Below are positions 48,240-62,800 of a stretch of DNA of 64,000 nt, piece after piece; within the stretch, counting starts at the first letter, position 1; every line of letters starts with the position of its first letter. The notes below the pieces were generated by a model. It did no database searches, was not told the DNA's origin, and was given only the letters and a program-made list of their open reading frames with translations. Origin of the DNA: Cyanophora paradoxa CCMP329 (taxonomy: Eukaryota; Plantae; Glaucophyta); assembly GCA_004431415.1 (NCBI GenBank), contig QPMI01000250.1:53875-117874 (forward strand), in the 5' to 3' direction. A program made the translations under genes and the position numbers.

Positions 48240-49665
48240 CGCGCACGTCACAGCGTCAGCCCCGGTTTTGGGGGCGCCCAAACCAGGGCGGGGGGCGGGG
48301 TCCCTGCGGAAGCTGCGTTCAGCGCCGCCCCCCAAGCCATTCGGAAGCCCTCCGGGGGCCTAATTAGGGCCCCGGCGGGCAGCGCCGGGGCCGGGGGCGG
48401 GGGCCGGGCCTCGTACCGGGGTACGTGGTTGATGGGGTGGCGGGGGGCGGGGGGCGGGGGCTCAGCAGAAGCCGCGTTCAGCGCCGCCCCCCAAGCCATT
48501 CGGAAGCCCTCCGGGGGCCTAATTAGGGCCCCGGCGGGCAGCGCCGGGGCCGGGGGCGGGGGCCGGGCCTCGTACCGGGGTACGTGGTTGATGGGGTGGC
48601 GGGGCGGCGGGGGGCGCGCCCGGTCCCTACGGAAGCTGCGTTCAGCGCCGCCTTCCAAGCCATTCGGCGGCCCTCCGGGCGCGGCACTAGAGCCCCGGCG
48701 GGCAGCGCCGGGGGCGGGGGCGGGGGCCGGGCCTCGTACCGGGGTACGTGGTTGGTGGGGTGGCGGGGGGCGGGGGGCGCGCCCGGTCCCTGCGGAAGCA
48801 GCGTTCAGCGCCGCCTCCCAAGCGATTCGGCGGCCCTCCGGGCGCGGCACTAGAGCCCCCTCGGGCAGCGGCGGGGGCGGGGGCGGGGGCCGGGCCTCGT
48901 ACCGGGGTACGTGGTTGATGGGGTGGCGGGGGGCGGGGGGCGCGCCCGGTCCCTGCGGAAGCTGCGTTCAGCGCCGCCTCCCAAGCGATTCGGCGGCCCT
49001 CCGGGCGCGGCACTAGAGCCCCGGCGGGCAGAGCGAGGGTCGGACTCGCGAGGCGGGGGCCGGGTCTCGTACCGGGGCATGCTGCACCTCGTCGGCGATC
49101 CTGGCTCTGACTGCGCAAGAAGACAAAAACCATTGAGTCCCATGCGTCTACGGCGAGGCGCTCCCAGAGCGCTAGCACGCGCGGTAACGGAGATCGCCCT
49201 GCAGCTGTGCGCGGGCATGCGCAGGCCACGGTCGGCGCTCGGCGCAGCTGCAGGGGGCGGCGGGGGCGTGTGCAGACCTCAGTGCGGCTTTTCGGCTCGT
49301 GATGGAGCGCGCAGGGAATCGCGTTGACATGCGGCGGCGGCGCGAGGGCGACGAACCGCCAGATGCGCTGCGCCGGATCGATATCGCTCGCGGTGAGCGA
49401 ACCGAACCGAGCACGATGCAAAGTGAGCCACGGACCTGTAGCAGTATACGTAGCTGCATGTGCGGCGTGTACTGCGGCGGCAAGCGGGGCGCTAGATGGA
49501 GGCGCCAGATGGTAGCTGCGGCGCTGGGGAGTGCGATGCGCTCGAGCGTTTCGCGCACCGGGCGATGCGTGGCTGGAACTGGTGCCTCGTAACGCTGTTC
49601 CCCCCCCCCCGTTTTGGGCAGCCCCAAAACCGGCGCTGGCGCGGCGGCGGGAGCGCGGACTCCGC
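48240..49665. mobile_element. Putative non-autonomous TIR element containing a tandem array
   Basis: ccggttttgggggcgcccaaacc (~48262) is an imperfect inverse of gttttgggcagccccaaaaccgg (~49611); no TSD established. Confidence 0.4.
48300..49075. repeat. GC-rich minisatellite, ~160-bp unit x ~5
   Basis: gaagctgcgttcagcgccgcc..ggcctcgtaccggggtacgtggttgatgggg recurs at about 48309, 48468, 48632, 48795 and 48958. Confidence 0.9.
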
Positions 49666-50834
49666 GGAGGACCCGAAGCGGTACACAGCGCAATCGGCGC
49701 TCTGTACCGCGCATGCATAACGCGACCAGAGCGTTAGCAGCGCGGACTGCATGACGGAATCGCTGTCCCCCCCTCCAAGCGGCACACGGGACCTTGGCGC
49801 GCGGGCGCGCAGCGGGGATCCGCTAGCGGAAAGGATCTATGCGCGCCGATTCCCTAGCACCCGTGTAGCTGTCTTGCCGATCCCGCTCCGGGAAGCCCGC
49901 GCGCGCCCGCAGTGGTCGATCGCGAGAACCGATGGTGATCATGACGGCGCCGGCGCTAGACGCCGCATATCGTATCATGTTCAGTGTCTTGCAAACTCCA
50001 TTACTGCTGCCTGTCGCCTAGCGAGCTGCGCATGCCCCCCTCGCTGCGCCGCACCACACAATACATAATCCGATGATCCCCAACCCAATATTGCTGCAGC
50101 TGTATTAATTTTCTTAGTAGTATGCGCTCCTAGATCCCTGGCCATGGCATTTGTGGTCGACGTAGACAACTTCATTAGTTGTATGGATGTGCTAATGCAA
50201 GAAATCAGCCGTAGATTCGATTCCAAGGCAATCAATAAGCGAGTCCCTGCGGAGCAGGAGTGGCCTTGGGTCTTGGGGCTTCAAGGCGTGAGGGTGGCAG
50301 CTCTTTGTTTTTAAACGGGGGCCCGCAACCGCGCGCGGTTACGCGGGGGAGGGGGGAGGAGAAATAGGGGGGTCCACTCGGCAAGGGTACGCACTCAAGT
50401 GAGAGGGTACAGAATTGTGCTGCAAGGGTACAGATATCGATGCGGGGCCCAATCGGCCGGAGTTGTACCGAGCACAGGCCCCGAGGGGCCCATTGGAAGA
50501 AGAAGAAGAGTATGTATAAGACACGCCCAAGCCGGTTGTGCGGTTTTGACGAAAGGCGAAGTCGTTTCAGCTGAACTCGGAATGAAAACGCCTTTCGGCG
50601 CTTTTGGGAGGTGGTTAATAATTATCTATGAATCATTCGAATGTAATTCACAGTAATAAGGCTCTGTCTAAATTGTCTATTTTTATTATCTTTCAATCAA
50701 CGCATCAAATACTTTTAAATCCCACATTGTGGCACACTACGACCCTGTCTCATACAAATTTGCTGGCCGGCAACGTGGCGCTCCGTTAATTTGGAAACTA
50801 TTTCCTAGCGAATGGGGTGCGGTCTCTTAAAAAT

Positions 50835-53800
50835 ATGCCATACAAGTCCAGCCGAAATTAAAGCGGAGCACAGCGAGTGACTGGCGCGAGACCGGGCAGG
50901 TAGGAAGTGCATTTTAGATCAGCCGAGATGAAAAACATTTTTGGTCTCCCGCCAGAACCTCGCCGCGCGAAAGTTGGCCTCGGCGGTCGCTGCGCCCCGG
51001 CCCCCTCTTCCGCCCTCGACAGCGCAAGGCAGCTCAAGGCCCGCCCAGGCCCCCCCGCTCCCCCCAACTGCCCTTCCCGGGACTCGAACGCTGGGGCAAT
51101 AAGTCGCCGGCCGGGCGCACTGCTAGCTCGGCTAGCTCGCCGCGAAACTGGCCATTTCCTCGTCGCCTTTCTATGACCATACATCTAGGAAAATTTTGTA
51201 CCGCGTCCGCGAGAGACTGAGCACCAGATATGCATTTAGATGCGTACTAGCTCGTGCTAAGCGCTTCGGTCTCTCGCCAATCGCTCCCCCTAGTTTAATC
51301 GGGCCGCACCGAACAGATGCCATACAAGTCCAGCCGAAATTAAAGCGGAGCACAGCGAGTGACTGGCGCGAGACCGGGCAGGTAGGAAGTGCATTTTAGA
51401 TCAGCCGAGATGAAAAACATTTTTGGTCTCCCGCCAGAACCTCGCCGCGCGAAAGTTGGCCTCGGCGGTCGCTGCGCCCCGGCCCCTCTTCCGCCCTCGA
51501 CAGCGCAAGGCAGCTCAAGGCCCGCCCAGGCCCCCCGCTCCCCCAACTGCCCTTCCGGGACTCGAACGCTGGGGCAATAAGTCGCCGGCCGGGCGCACTG
51601 CTAGCTCGGCTAGCTCGCCGCGAAACTGGCCATTTCCTCGTCGCCTTTCTATGACCATACATCTAGGAAAATTTTGTACCGCGTCCGCGAGAGACTGAGC
51701 ACCAGATATGCATTTAGATGCGTACTAGCTCGTGCTAAGCGCTTCGGTCTCTCGCCAATCGCTCCCCCTAGTTTAATCGGGCCGCACCGAACAGATGCCA
51801 TACAAGTCCAGCCGAAATTAAAGCGGAGCACAGCGAGTGACTGGCGCGAGACCGGGCAGGTAGGAAGTGCATTTTAGATCAGCCGAGATGAAAAACATTT
51901 TTGGTCTCCCGCCAGAACTCGCGCGCGAAAGTTGGCCTCGGCGGTCGCTGCGCCCCGGCCCCTCTTCCGCCCTCGACAGCGCAAGGCAGCTCAAGGCCCG
52001 CCCAGGCCCCCCCGCTCCCCCCAACTGCCCTTCCCGGACTCGAACGCTGGGGCAATAAGTCGCCGGCCGGGCGCACTGCTAGCTCGGCTAGCTCGCCGCG
52101 AAACTGGCCATTTCCTCGTCGCCTTTCTATGACCATACATCTAGGAAAATTTTGTACCGCGTCCGCGAGAGACTGAGCACCAGATATGCATTTAGATGCG
52201 TACTAGCTCGTGCTAAGCGCTTCGGTCTCTCGCCAATCGCTCCCCCTAGTTTAATCGGGCCGCACCGAACAGATGCCATACAAGTCCAGCCGAAATTAAA
52301 GCGGAGCACAGCGAGTGACTGGCGCGAGACCGGGCAGGTAGGAAGTGCATTTTAGATCAGCCGAGATGAAAAACATTTTTGGTCTCCCGCCAGAACCTCG
52401 CGCGCGAAAGTTGGCCTCGGCGGTCGCTGCGCCCCGGCCCCTCTTCCGCCCTCGACAGCGCAAGGCAGCTCAAGGCCCGCCCAGGCCCCCCCGCTCCCCC
52501 CAACTGCCCTTCCCGGGACTCGAACGCTGGGGCAATAAGTCGCCGGCCGGGCGCACTGCTAGCTCGGCTAGCTCGCCGCGAAACTGGCCATTTCCTCGTC
52601 GCCTTTCTATGACCATACATCTAGGAAAATTTTGTACCGCGTCCGCGAGAGACTGAGCACCAGATATGCATTTAGATGCGTACTAGCTCGTGCTAAGCGC
52701 TTCGGTCTCTCGCCAATCGCTCCCCCTAGTTTAATCGGGCCGCACCGAACAGATGCCATACAAGTCCAGCCGAAATTAAAGCGGAGCACAGCGAGTGACT
52801 GGCGCGAGACCGGGCAGGTAGGAAGTGCATTTTAGATCAGCCGAGATGAAAAACATTTTTGGTCTCCCGCCAGAACCTCGCCGCGCGAAAGTTGGCCTCG
52901 GCGGTCGCTGCGCCCCGGCCCCTCTTCCGCCCTCGACAGCGCAAGGCAGCTCAAGGCCCGCCCAGGCCCCCCGCTCCCCCAACTGCCTTCCCGGGACTCG
53001 AACGCTGGGGCAATAAGTCGCCGGCCGGGCGCACTGCTAGCTCGGCTAGCTCGCGCGAAACTGGCCATTTCCTCGTCGCCTTTCTATGACCATACATCTA
53101 GGAAAATTTTGTACCGCGTCCGCGAGAGACTGAGCACCAGATATGCATTTAGATGCGTACTAGCTCGTGCTAAGCGCTTCGGTCTCTCGCCAATCGCTCC
53201 CCTAGTTTAATCGGGCCGCACCGAACAGATGCCATACAAGTCCAGCCGAAATTAAAGCGGAGCACAGCGAGTGACTGCGCGAGACCGGGCAGGTAGGAAG
53301 TGCATTTTAGATCAGCCGAGATGAAAAACATTTTTGGTCTCCCGCCAGAACCTCGCCGCGCGAAAGTTGGCCTCGGCGGTCGCTGCGCCCCGGCCCCCTC
53401 TTCCGCCCTCGACAGCGCAAGGCAGCTCAAGGCCCGCCAGGCCCCCCGCTCCCCCAACTGCCCTTCCCGGACTCGAACGCTGGGGCAATAAGTCGCCGGC
53501 CGGGCGCACTGCTAGCTCGGCTAGCTCGCCGCGAAACTGGCCATTTCCTCGTCGCCTTTCTATGACCATACATCTAGGAAAATTTTGTACCGCGTCCGCG
53601 AGAGACTGAGCACCAGATATGCATTTAGATGCGTACTAGCTCGTGCTAAGCGCTTCGGTCTCTCGCCAATCGCTCCCCTAGTTTAATCGGGCCGCACCGA
53701 ACAGATGCCATACAAGTCCAGCCGAATTAAAGCGGAGCACAGCGAGTGACTGGCGCGAGACCGGGCAGGTAGGAAGTGCATTTTAGATCAGCCGAGATGA

Positions 53801-56800
53801 AAAACATTTTTGGTCTCCCGCCAGAACCTCGCCGCGCGAAAGTTGGCCTCGGCGGTCGCTGCGCCCCGGCCCCCTCTTCCGCCTCGACAGCGCAAGGCAG
53901 CTCAAGGCCCGCCCAGGCCCCCGCTCCCCCAACTGCCCTTCCGGGACTCGAACGCTGGGGCAATAAGTCGCCGGCCGGGCGCACTGCTAGCTCGGCTAGC
54001 TCGCCGCGAAACTGGCCATTTCCTCGTCGCCTTTCTATGACCATACATCTAGGAAAATTTTGTACCGCGTCCGCGAGAGACTGAGCACCAGATATGCATT
54101 TAGATGCGTACTAGCTCGTGCTAAGCGCTTCGGTCTCTCGCCAATCGCTCCCCTAGTTTAATCGGGCCGCACCGAACAGATGCCATACAAGTCCAGCCGA
54201 AATTAAAGCGAGCACAGCGAGTGACTGGCGCGAGACCGGGCAGGTAGGAAGTGCATTTTAGATCAGCCGAGATGAAAAACATTTTTGGTCTCCGCCAGAA
54301 CTCGCCGCGCGAAAGTTGGCCTCGGCGGTCGCTGCGCCCCGGCCCCTCTTCCGCCCTCGACAGCGCAAGGCAGCTCAAGGCCCGCCAGGCCCCCCGCTCC
54401 CCCAACTGCCCTTCCCGGACTCGAACGCTGGGCAATAAGTCGCCGGCGGGCGCACTGCTAGCTCGGCTAGCTCGCCGCGAAACTGGCCATTTCCTCGTCG
54501 CCTTTCTATGACCATACATCTAGGAAAATTTTGTACCGCGTCCGCGAGAGACTGAGCACCAGATATGCATTTAGATGCGTACTAGCTCGTGCTAAGCGCT
54601 TCGGTCTCTCGCCAATCGCTCCCCCTAGTTTAATCGGGCCGCACGAACAGATGCCATACAAGTCCAGCCGAAATTAAAGCGGAGCACAGCGAGTGACTGG
54701 CGCGAGACCGGGCAGGTAGGAAGTGCATTTTAGATCAGCCGAGATGAAAAACATTTTTGGTCTCCCGCCAGAACCTCGCCGCGCGAAAGTTGGCCTCGGC
54801 GGTCGCTGCGCCCCGGCCCCTCTTCCGCCCTCGACAGCGCAAGGCAGCTCAAGGCCCGCCCAGGCCCCCCCGCTCCCCCCAACTGCCCTTCCCGGGACTC
54901 GAACGCTGGGGCAATAAGTCGCCGGCCGGGCGCACTGCTAGCTCGGCTAGCTCGCCGCGAAACTGGCCATTTCCTCGTCGCCTTTCTATGACCATACATC
55001 TAGGAAAATTTGTACCGCGTCCGCGAGAGACTGAGCACCAGATATGCATTTAGATGCGTACTAGCTCGTGCTAAGCGCTTCGGTCTCTCGCCAATCGCTC
55101 CCCCTAGTTTAATCGGGCCGCACCGAACAGATGCCATACAAGTCCAGCCGAAATTAAAGCGGAGCACAGCGAGTGACTGGCGCGAGACCGGGCAGGTAGG
55201 AAGTGCATTTTAGATCAGCCGAGATGAAAAACATTTTTGGTCTCCCGCCAGAACCTCGCCGCGCGAAAGTTGGCCTCGGCGGTCGCTGCGCCCGGCCCCC
55301 TCTTCCGCCCTCGACAGCGCAAGGCAGCTCAAGGCCCGCCAGGCCCCCCCGCTCCCCCAACTGCCCTTCCCGGGACTCGAACGCTGGGGCAATAAGTCGC
55401 CGGCCGGGCGCACTGCTAGCTCGGCTAGCTCGCCGCGAAACTGGCCATTTCTCGTCGCCTTTCTATGACCATACATCTAGGAAATTTTGTACCGCGTCCG
55501 CGAGAGACTGAGCACCAGATATGCATTTAGATGCGTACTAGCTCGTGCTAAGCGCTTCGGTCTCTCGCCAATCGCTCCCCCTAGTTTAATCGGGCCGCAC
55601 CGAACAGATGCATACAAGTCCAGCCGAAATTAAAGCGGAGCACAGCGAGTGACTGGCGCGAGACCGGGCAGGTAGGAAGTGCATTTTAGATCAGCCGAGA
55701 TGAAAACATTTTTGGTCTCCCGCCAGAACCTCGCCGCGCGAAAGTTGGCCTCGGCGGTCGCTGCGCCCCGGCCCCTCTTCCGCCCTCGACAGCGCAAGGC
55801 AGCTCAAGGCCCGCCAGGCCCCCCGCTCCCCCAACTGCCCTTCCGGGACTCGAACGCTGGGCAATAAGTCGCCGGCCGGGCGCACTGCTAGCTCGGCTAG
55901 CTCGCCGCGAAACTGGCCATTTTCCTCGTCGCCTTTCTATGACATACATCTAGGAAAATTTTGTACCGCGTCCGCGAGAGACTGAGCACCAGATATGCAT
56001 TTAGATGCGTACTAGCTCGTGCTAAGCGCTTCGGTCTCTCGCCAATCGCTCCCCTAGTTTAATCGGGCCGCACCGAACAGATGCCATACAAGTCCAGCCG
56101 AAATTAAAGCGGAGCACAGCGAGTGACTGGCGCGAGACGGGCAGGTAGGAAGTGCATTTTAGATCAGCCGAGATGAAAAACATTTTTGGTCTCCCGCCAG
56201 AACCTCGCCGCGCGAAAGTTGGCCTCGGCGGTCGCTGCGCCCCGGCCCCTCTTCCGCCCTCGACAGCGCAAGGCAGCTCAAGGCCCGCCCAGGCCCCCGC
56301 TCCCCAACTGCCTTCCCGGACTCGAACGCTGGGGCAATAAGTCGCCGGCCGGGCGCACTGCTAGCTCGGCTAGCTCGCCGCGAAACTGGCCATTTCCTCG
56401 TCGCCTTTCTATGACCATACATCTAGGAAAATTTTGTACCGCGTCCGCGAGAGACTGAGCACCAGATATGCATTTAGATGCGTACTAGCTCGTGCTAAGC
56501 GCTTCGGTCTCTCGCCAATCGTCCCCTAGTTTAATCGGGCCGCACGAACAGATGCCATACAAGTCCAGCCGAAATTAAAGCGGAGCACAGCGAGTGACTG
56601 GCGCGAGACCGGGCAGGTAGGAAGTGCATTTTAGATCAGCCGAGATGAAAAACATTTTTGGTCTCCCGCCAGAACCTCGCCGCGCGAAAGTTGGCCTCGG
56701 CGGTCGCTGCGCCCCGGCCCTCTTCCGCCCTCGACAGCGCAAGGCAGCTCAAGGCCGCCCAGGCCCCCCGCTCCCCCAACTGCCCTTCCGGGACTCGAAC

Positions 56801-59800
56801 GCTGGGGCAATAAGTCGCCGGCCGGGCGCACTGCTAGCTCGGCTAGCTCGCCGCGAAACTGGCCATTTCCTCGTCGCCTTTCTATGACCATACATCTAGG
56901 AAAATTTTGTACCGCGTCCGCGAGAGACTGAGCACCAGATATGCATTTAGATGCGTACTAGCTCGTGCTAAGCGCTTCGGTCTCTCGCCAATCGCTCCCC
57001 TAGTTTAATCGGGCCGCACCGAACAGATGCCATACAAGTCCAGCCGAAATTAAAGCGGAGCACAGCGAGTGACTGGCGCGAGACCGGGCAGGTAGGAAGT
57101 GCATTTTAGATCAGCCGAGATGAAAACATTTTTGGTCTCCCGCCAGAACCTCGCCGCGCGAAAGTTGGCCTCGGCGGTCGCTGCGCCCCGGCCCCTCTTC
57201 GCCCTCGACAGCGCAAGGCAGCTCAAGGCCCGCCAGGCCCCCCGCTCCCCCAACTGCCCTTCCGGGACTCGAACGCTGGGGCAATAAGTCGCCGGCCGGG
57301 CGCACTGCTAGCTCGGCTAGCTCGCCGCGAAACTGGCCATTTCTCGTCGCCTTTCTATGACCATACATCTAGGAAAATTTTGTACCGCGTCGCGAGAGAC
57401 TGAGCACCAGATATGCATTTAGATGCGTACTAGCTCGTGCTAAGCGCTTCGGTCTCTCGCCAATCGCTCCCCCTAGTTTAATCGGGCCGCACCGAACAGA
57501 TGCCATACAAGTCCAGCCGAAATTAAAGCGGAGCACAGCGAGTGACTGGCGCGAGACCGGGCAGGTAGGAAGTGCATTTTAGATCAGCCGAGATGAAAAA
57601 CATTTTTGGTCTCCCGCAGAACCTCGCGCGCGAAAGTTGGCCTCGGCGGTCGCTGCGCCCGGCCCCTCTTCCGCCCTCGACAGCGCAAGGCAGCTCAAGG
57701 CCCGCCAGGCCCCCCCGCTCCCCCAACTGCCCTTCCCGGGACTCGAACGCTGGGGCAATAAGTCGCCGGCCGGGCGCACTGCTAGCTCGGCTAGCTCGCC
57801 GCGAAACTGGCCATTTCTCGTCGCCTTTCTATGACCATACATCTAGGAAAATTTTGTACCGCGTCCGCGAGAGACTGAGCACCAGATATGCATTTAGATG
57901 CGTACTAGCTCGTGCTAAGCGCTTCGGTCTCTCGCCAATCGCTCCCCTAGTTTAATCGGGCCGCACCGAACAGATGCCATACAAGTCCAGCGAAATTAAA
58001 GCGGAGCACAGCGAGTGACTGGCGCGAGACCGGGCAGGTAGGAAGTGCATTTTAGATCAGCCGAGATGAAAACATTTTTGGTCTCCCGCCAGAACTCGCC
58101 GCGCGAAAGTTGGCCTCGGCGGTCGCTGCGCCCGGCCCCTCTTCCGCCCTCGACAGCGCAAGGCAGCTCAAGGCCCGCCAGGCCCCCGCTCCCCAACTGC
58201 CCTTCCCGGACTCGAACGCTGGGGCAATAAGTCGCCGGCCGGCGCACTGCTAGCTCGGCTAGCTCGCCGCGAAACTGGCCTTTCCTCGTCGCCTTTCTAT
58301 GACATACATCTAGGAAAATTTTGTACGCGTCCGCGAGAGACTGAGCACCAGATATGCATTTAGATGCGTACTAGCTCGTGCTAAGCGCTTCGGTCTCTCG
58401 CCAATCGTCCCTAGTTTAATCGGGCCGCACCGAACAGATGCCATACAAGTCCAGCCGAAATTAAAGCGGAGCACAGCGAGTGACTGGCGCGAGACCGGCA
58501 GGTAGGAAGTGCATTTTAGATCAGCCGAGATGAAAAACATTTTGGTCTCCCGCCAGAACTCGCCGCGCGAAAGTTGGCCTCGGCGGTCGCTGCGCCCCGG
58601 CCCCTCTTCGCCTCGACAGCGCAAGGCAGCTCAAGGCCGCCCAGGCCCCCCCGCTCCCCCAACTGCCTTCCGGGACTCGAACGCTGGGGCAATAAGTCGC
58701 CGGCCGGGCGCACTGCTAGCTCGGCTAGCTCGCCGCGAAACTGGCCATTTCCTCGTCGCTTTCTATGACATACATCTAGGAAATTTTGTACCGCGTCCGC
58801 GAGAGACTGAGCACCAGATATGCATTTAGATGCGTACTAGCTCGTGCTAAGCGCTTCGGTCTCTCGCCAATCGCTCCCTAGTTTAATCGGGCCGCACGAC
58901 AGATGCCATACAAGTCAGCCGAAATTAAAGCGGAGCACAGCGAGTGACTGGCGCGAGACCGGGCAGGTAGGAAGTGCATTTTAGATCAGCCGAGATGAAA
59001 AACATTTTTGGTCTCCCGCAGAACTCGCGCGCGAAAGTTGGCCTCGCGGTCGCTGCGCCCCGGCCCCTCTTCGCCCTCGACAGCGCAAGGCAGCTCAAGG
59101 CCGCCAGGCCCCCCGCTCCCCCAACTGCCCTTCCGGACTCGAACGCTGGGCAATAAGTCGCCGGCCGGGCGCACTGCTAGCTCGGCTAGCTCGCCGCGAA
59201 CTGGCATTTCTCGTCGCTTTCTATGACATAATCTAGGAAATTTTGTACCGCGTCCGCGAGAGACTGAGCACCAGATATGCATTTAGATGCGTACTAGCTC
59301 GTGCTAAGCGCTTCGGTCTCTCGCCAATCGTCCCCTAGTTTAATCGGGCCGACGAACAGATGCATACAAGTCCAGCCGAAATTAAAGCGAGCAAGCGAGT
59401 GACTGGCCGAGACCGGCAGGTAGGAAGTGCATTTTAGATCGCCGAGATGAAAACATTTTGGTCTCGCCAGAAACTCGCCGCGCGAAAGTTGGCCTCGGCG
59501 GTCGCTGCGCCCGGCCCCTCTTCCGCCTCGACAGGCAAGGCAGTCAAGGCCCGCCCAGGCCCCCGCTCCCCAACTGCCTTCCGGGACTCGACGCTGGGCA
59601 ATAAGTCGCCGGCCGGGCGCACTGCTAGCTCGGCTAGCTCGCGCGAAACTGGCCATTTTCTCGTCGCCTTTCTATGACCATACATCTAGGAAATTTGTAC
59701 CGCGTCGCGGAAGACTGAGCACAGATATGCATTTAGATGCGTACTAGCTCGTGCTAAGCGCTTCGGTCTCTCGCCAATCGCTCCCCTAGTTTAATCGGCC

Positions 59801-62800
59801 GCACGACAGATGCCATACAAGTCCAGCGAAATTAAAGCGGAGCACAGCGAGTGACTGGCGCGAGACGGGCAGGTAGGAGTGCATTTTAGATCAGCCGAGA
59901 TGAAAACATTTTGGTCTCCGCCAAACTCGCCGCCGAAGTTGGCCTCGGCGGTCGCTGCGCCGGCCCTCTTCCGCCCTCGACAGCGCAAGGCAGCTCAAGG
60001 CCGCCAGGCCCCCGCTCCCCCAACTGCCCTTCCGGGACTCGAACGCTGGGCAATAAGTCGCCGGCGGGCGCACTGCTAGCTCGGCTAGCTCGCCGCGAAA
60101 CTGGCCTTTTCCTCGTCGCCTTTCTATGACCATACATCTAGGAAATTTTGTACCGCGTCCGCGAGAGACTGAGCACCAGATATGCATTTAGATGCGTACT
60201 AGCTCGTGCTAAGCGCTTCGTCTCTCGCAATCGCTCCCCCTAGTTTAATCGGGCGCACCGAACAGATGCATACAGTCCGCGAAATTAAGCGGAGCAAGCG
60301 AGTGACTGGCGCGAGACGGGCAGGTAGGAAGTGCATTTTAGATCAGCCGATGAAAAACATTTTTGGTCTCCCGCAGAACTCGCGGCGAAAGTTGGCCTGG
60401 CGGTCGCTGCGCCCGGCCCCTCTCCGCCCTCGACAGCGCAAGGCAGCTCAAGGCCCGCCCAGGCCCCCGCTCCCAACTGCCTCCGGGACTCGAACGCTGG
60501 GGCAATAAGTCGCCGGCGGGCGCACTGCTAGCTCGGCTAGCTCGCCGCGACTGGCCTTTCTCGTCGCTTTCTATGACCATACATCTAGGAAAATTTGTAC
60601 GCGTCCGCGAGAGACTGAGCACCAGATATGCATTTAGATGCGTACTAGCTCGTGCTAAGCGCTTCGGTTCTCGCAATCGCTCCCCTAGTTTAATCGGGCG
60701 CACCGAACAGATGCCATACAGTCAGCCGAAATTAAGCGGAGCACAGCGAGTGACTGGCGCGAGACCGGGCGGTAGGAAGTGCATTTTAGATCAGCCGAGA
60801 TGAAAAACATTTTTGGTCTCCCGCCAGAACCTCGCCGGCGAAAGTTGGCTCGGCGGTCGCTGCGCCCGGCCCCTTTCCGCCCTCGCAGCGCAAGGCAAGC
60901 CAAGGCGCCCAGGCCCCCGCTCCCCAATGCCTTCGGACTCGAACGCTGGGGCAATAAGTCGCCGGCGGCGCACCTAGCTCGGCTAGCTCGCGCGAAACTG
61001 GCCTTTCCTCGTGCTTCTATGACATAACTAGGAAAATTTGTACGCGTCGCGAGAGATGAGCACCAATATGCATTAGATGCGTACTACTCGTGCTAAGCGC
61101 TTCGGTCTCGCCAATCGCCCTAGTTTAATCGGGCCGCCGAACAGATGCCATACAGTCCGCCGAAATTAACGGAGCAAGCGAGTGAATGGCGCGAGACGGG
61201 CAGGTAGGAGTGCTTTTAGATCAGCCGAGATGAAAAAATTTTGGTCTCCGCAGACTCGCGCGCGAAGTTGGCTCGGCGGTCGCTGCGCCCGGCCTCTTCC
61301 GCCTCGACAGCGCAAGCGCTCAGGCCCAGGCCCCGCTCCCCCAACTGCCCTTCCGGGACTCGAAGCTGGGCAATAGTCGCCGGCCGCGCATGCTAGCTCG
61401 GCTAGCTCGCCGCGAACTGGCCATTTCTCGTCGTTTCCATGACATACATTAGAAAATTTTGTACGCGCCGAGAAACTGAGACAGATTGCATTTAGATGCG
61501 TACTAGCTCGTGCTAAGCGCTGGCTCTCGCCAATCCTCCCTAGTTTATCGGGCGCACCGAACAGATGCATACAATCAGCCGAATTAAGCGAGCACAGCGA
61601 GTGATGGCGCGAGACGGGCGGTAGGAGTGCATTTAGATCAGCCGAGATGAAAACATTTTTGGTCTCCGCCAGAACCTGCCGCGAAAGTTGCCTCGGCGGT
61701 CGCTGCGCCCGGCCCCTCTTCCGCCTCGACAGCGCAGGCAGCTCAAGGCCCCGGCCCCCTCCCCAACTGCCTTCCGGACTCGAACGCTGGGGCAATAAGT
61801 CGGGCGGGCGCACTGCTAGCTCGGCTAGCTCGCCGCGAACTGGCCATTTCTCGTCGCCTTTCTATGACCATACATCTAGGAAAATTTTGTACCGCGTCCG
61901 CGAGAGACTGAGCACCAGATATGCATTTAGATGCGTACTAGCTCGTGTAAGCGCTTCGGTCTCTCGCCAATCGCTCCCCTAGTTTAATCGGCCGCACCGA
62001 ACAGATGCATACAAGTCAGCCGAAATTAAAGCGGAGCACAGCGAGTGACTGGCGCGAGACCGGGCAGGTAGGAAGTGCATTTTAGATCAGCCGAGATGAA
62101 AAACATTTTGGTCTCCGCCAGAACTCGCGCGCGAAAGTTGGCCTCGGCGGTCGCTGCGCCCGCCGCCCTCTTCCGCCTCGACAGCGCAAGGCAGTCAAGG
62201 CCCGCCCAGGCCCGCTCCCCCAACTGCCCTTCCGGGACTCGAACGCTGGGCAATAAGTCGCGCCGGCGCACTGCTAGCTCGGCTAGCTGCCGCGAAACTG
62301 GCCATTTCCTCGTGCCTTTCTATGACATACATCTAGGAAAATTTTGTACGCGTCCGGAGAGACTGAGCACAATATGCATTTAGATGCGTACTAGCTCGTG
62401 CTAAGCGCTTCGGTCTCTCGCCAATCGCTCCCCCTAGTTTAATCGGGCCGCACCGAACAGATGCCATACAAGTCCAGCCGAAATTAAAGCGGAGCACAGC
62501 GAGTGACTGGCGCGAGACCGGGCAGGTAGGAAGTGCATTTTAGATCAGCCGAGATGAAAAACATTTTTGGTCTCCCGCCAGAACCTCGCTGTGCGAAAGT
62601 TGGCCTCGGCGGTCGCTGCGCCCCGGCCCCCTCTTCCGCCCTCGACAGCGCAAGGCAGCTCAAGGCCCGCCCAGGCCCCCCGCTCCCCCCTGCCCTTCCC
62701 GGGACTCGAACGCTGGGGCAATAAGTCGCCGGCCGGGCGCACTGCTAGCTCGGCTAGCTCGCCGCGAAACTGGCCTTTTCCTCGTCGCCTTTCTATGACC

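Noticed and set aside
50880-50960. Satellite as an SL-RNA, snRNA or 5S rRNA gene array (CAG/GTAGG donor-like site, ATTTTTGG Sm-like site, gaccatac)
   Set aside because: The Sm-like site overlaps a predicted stem, there are no 5S internal control boxes and no evidence of trans-splicing; only a search of mRNA 5' ends could revive it
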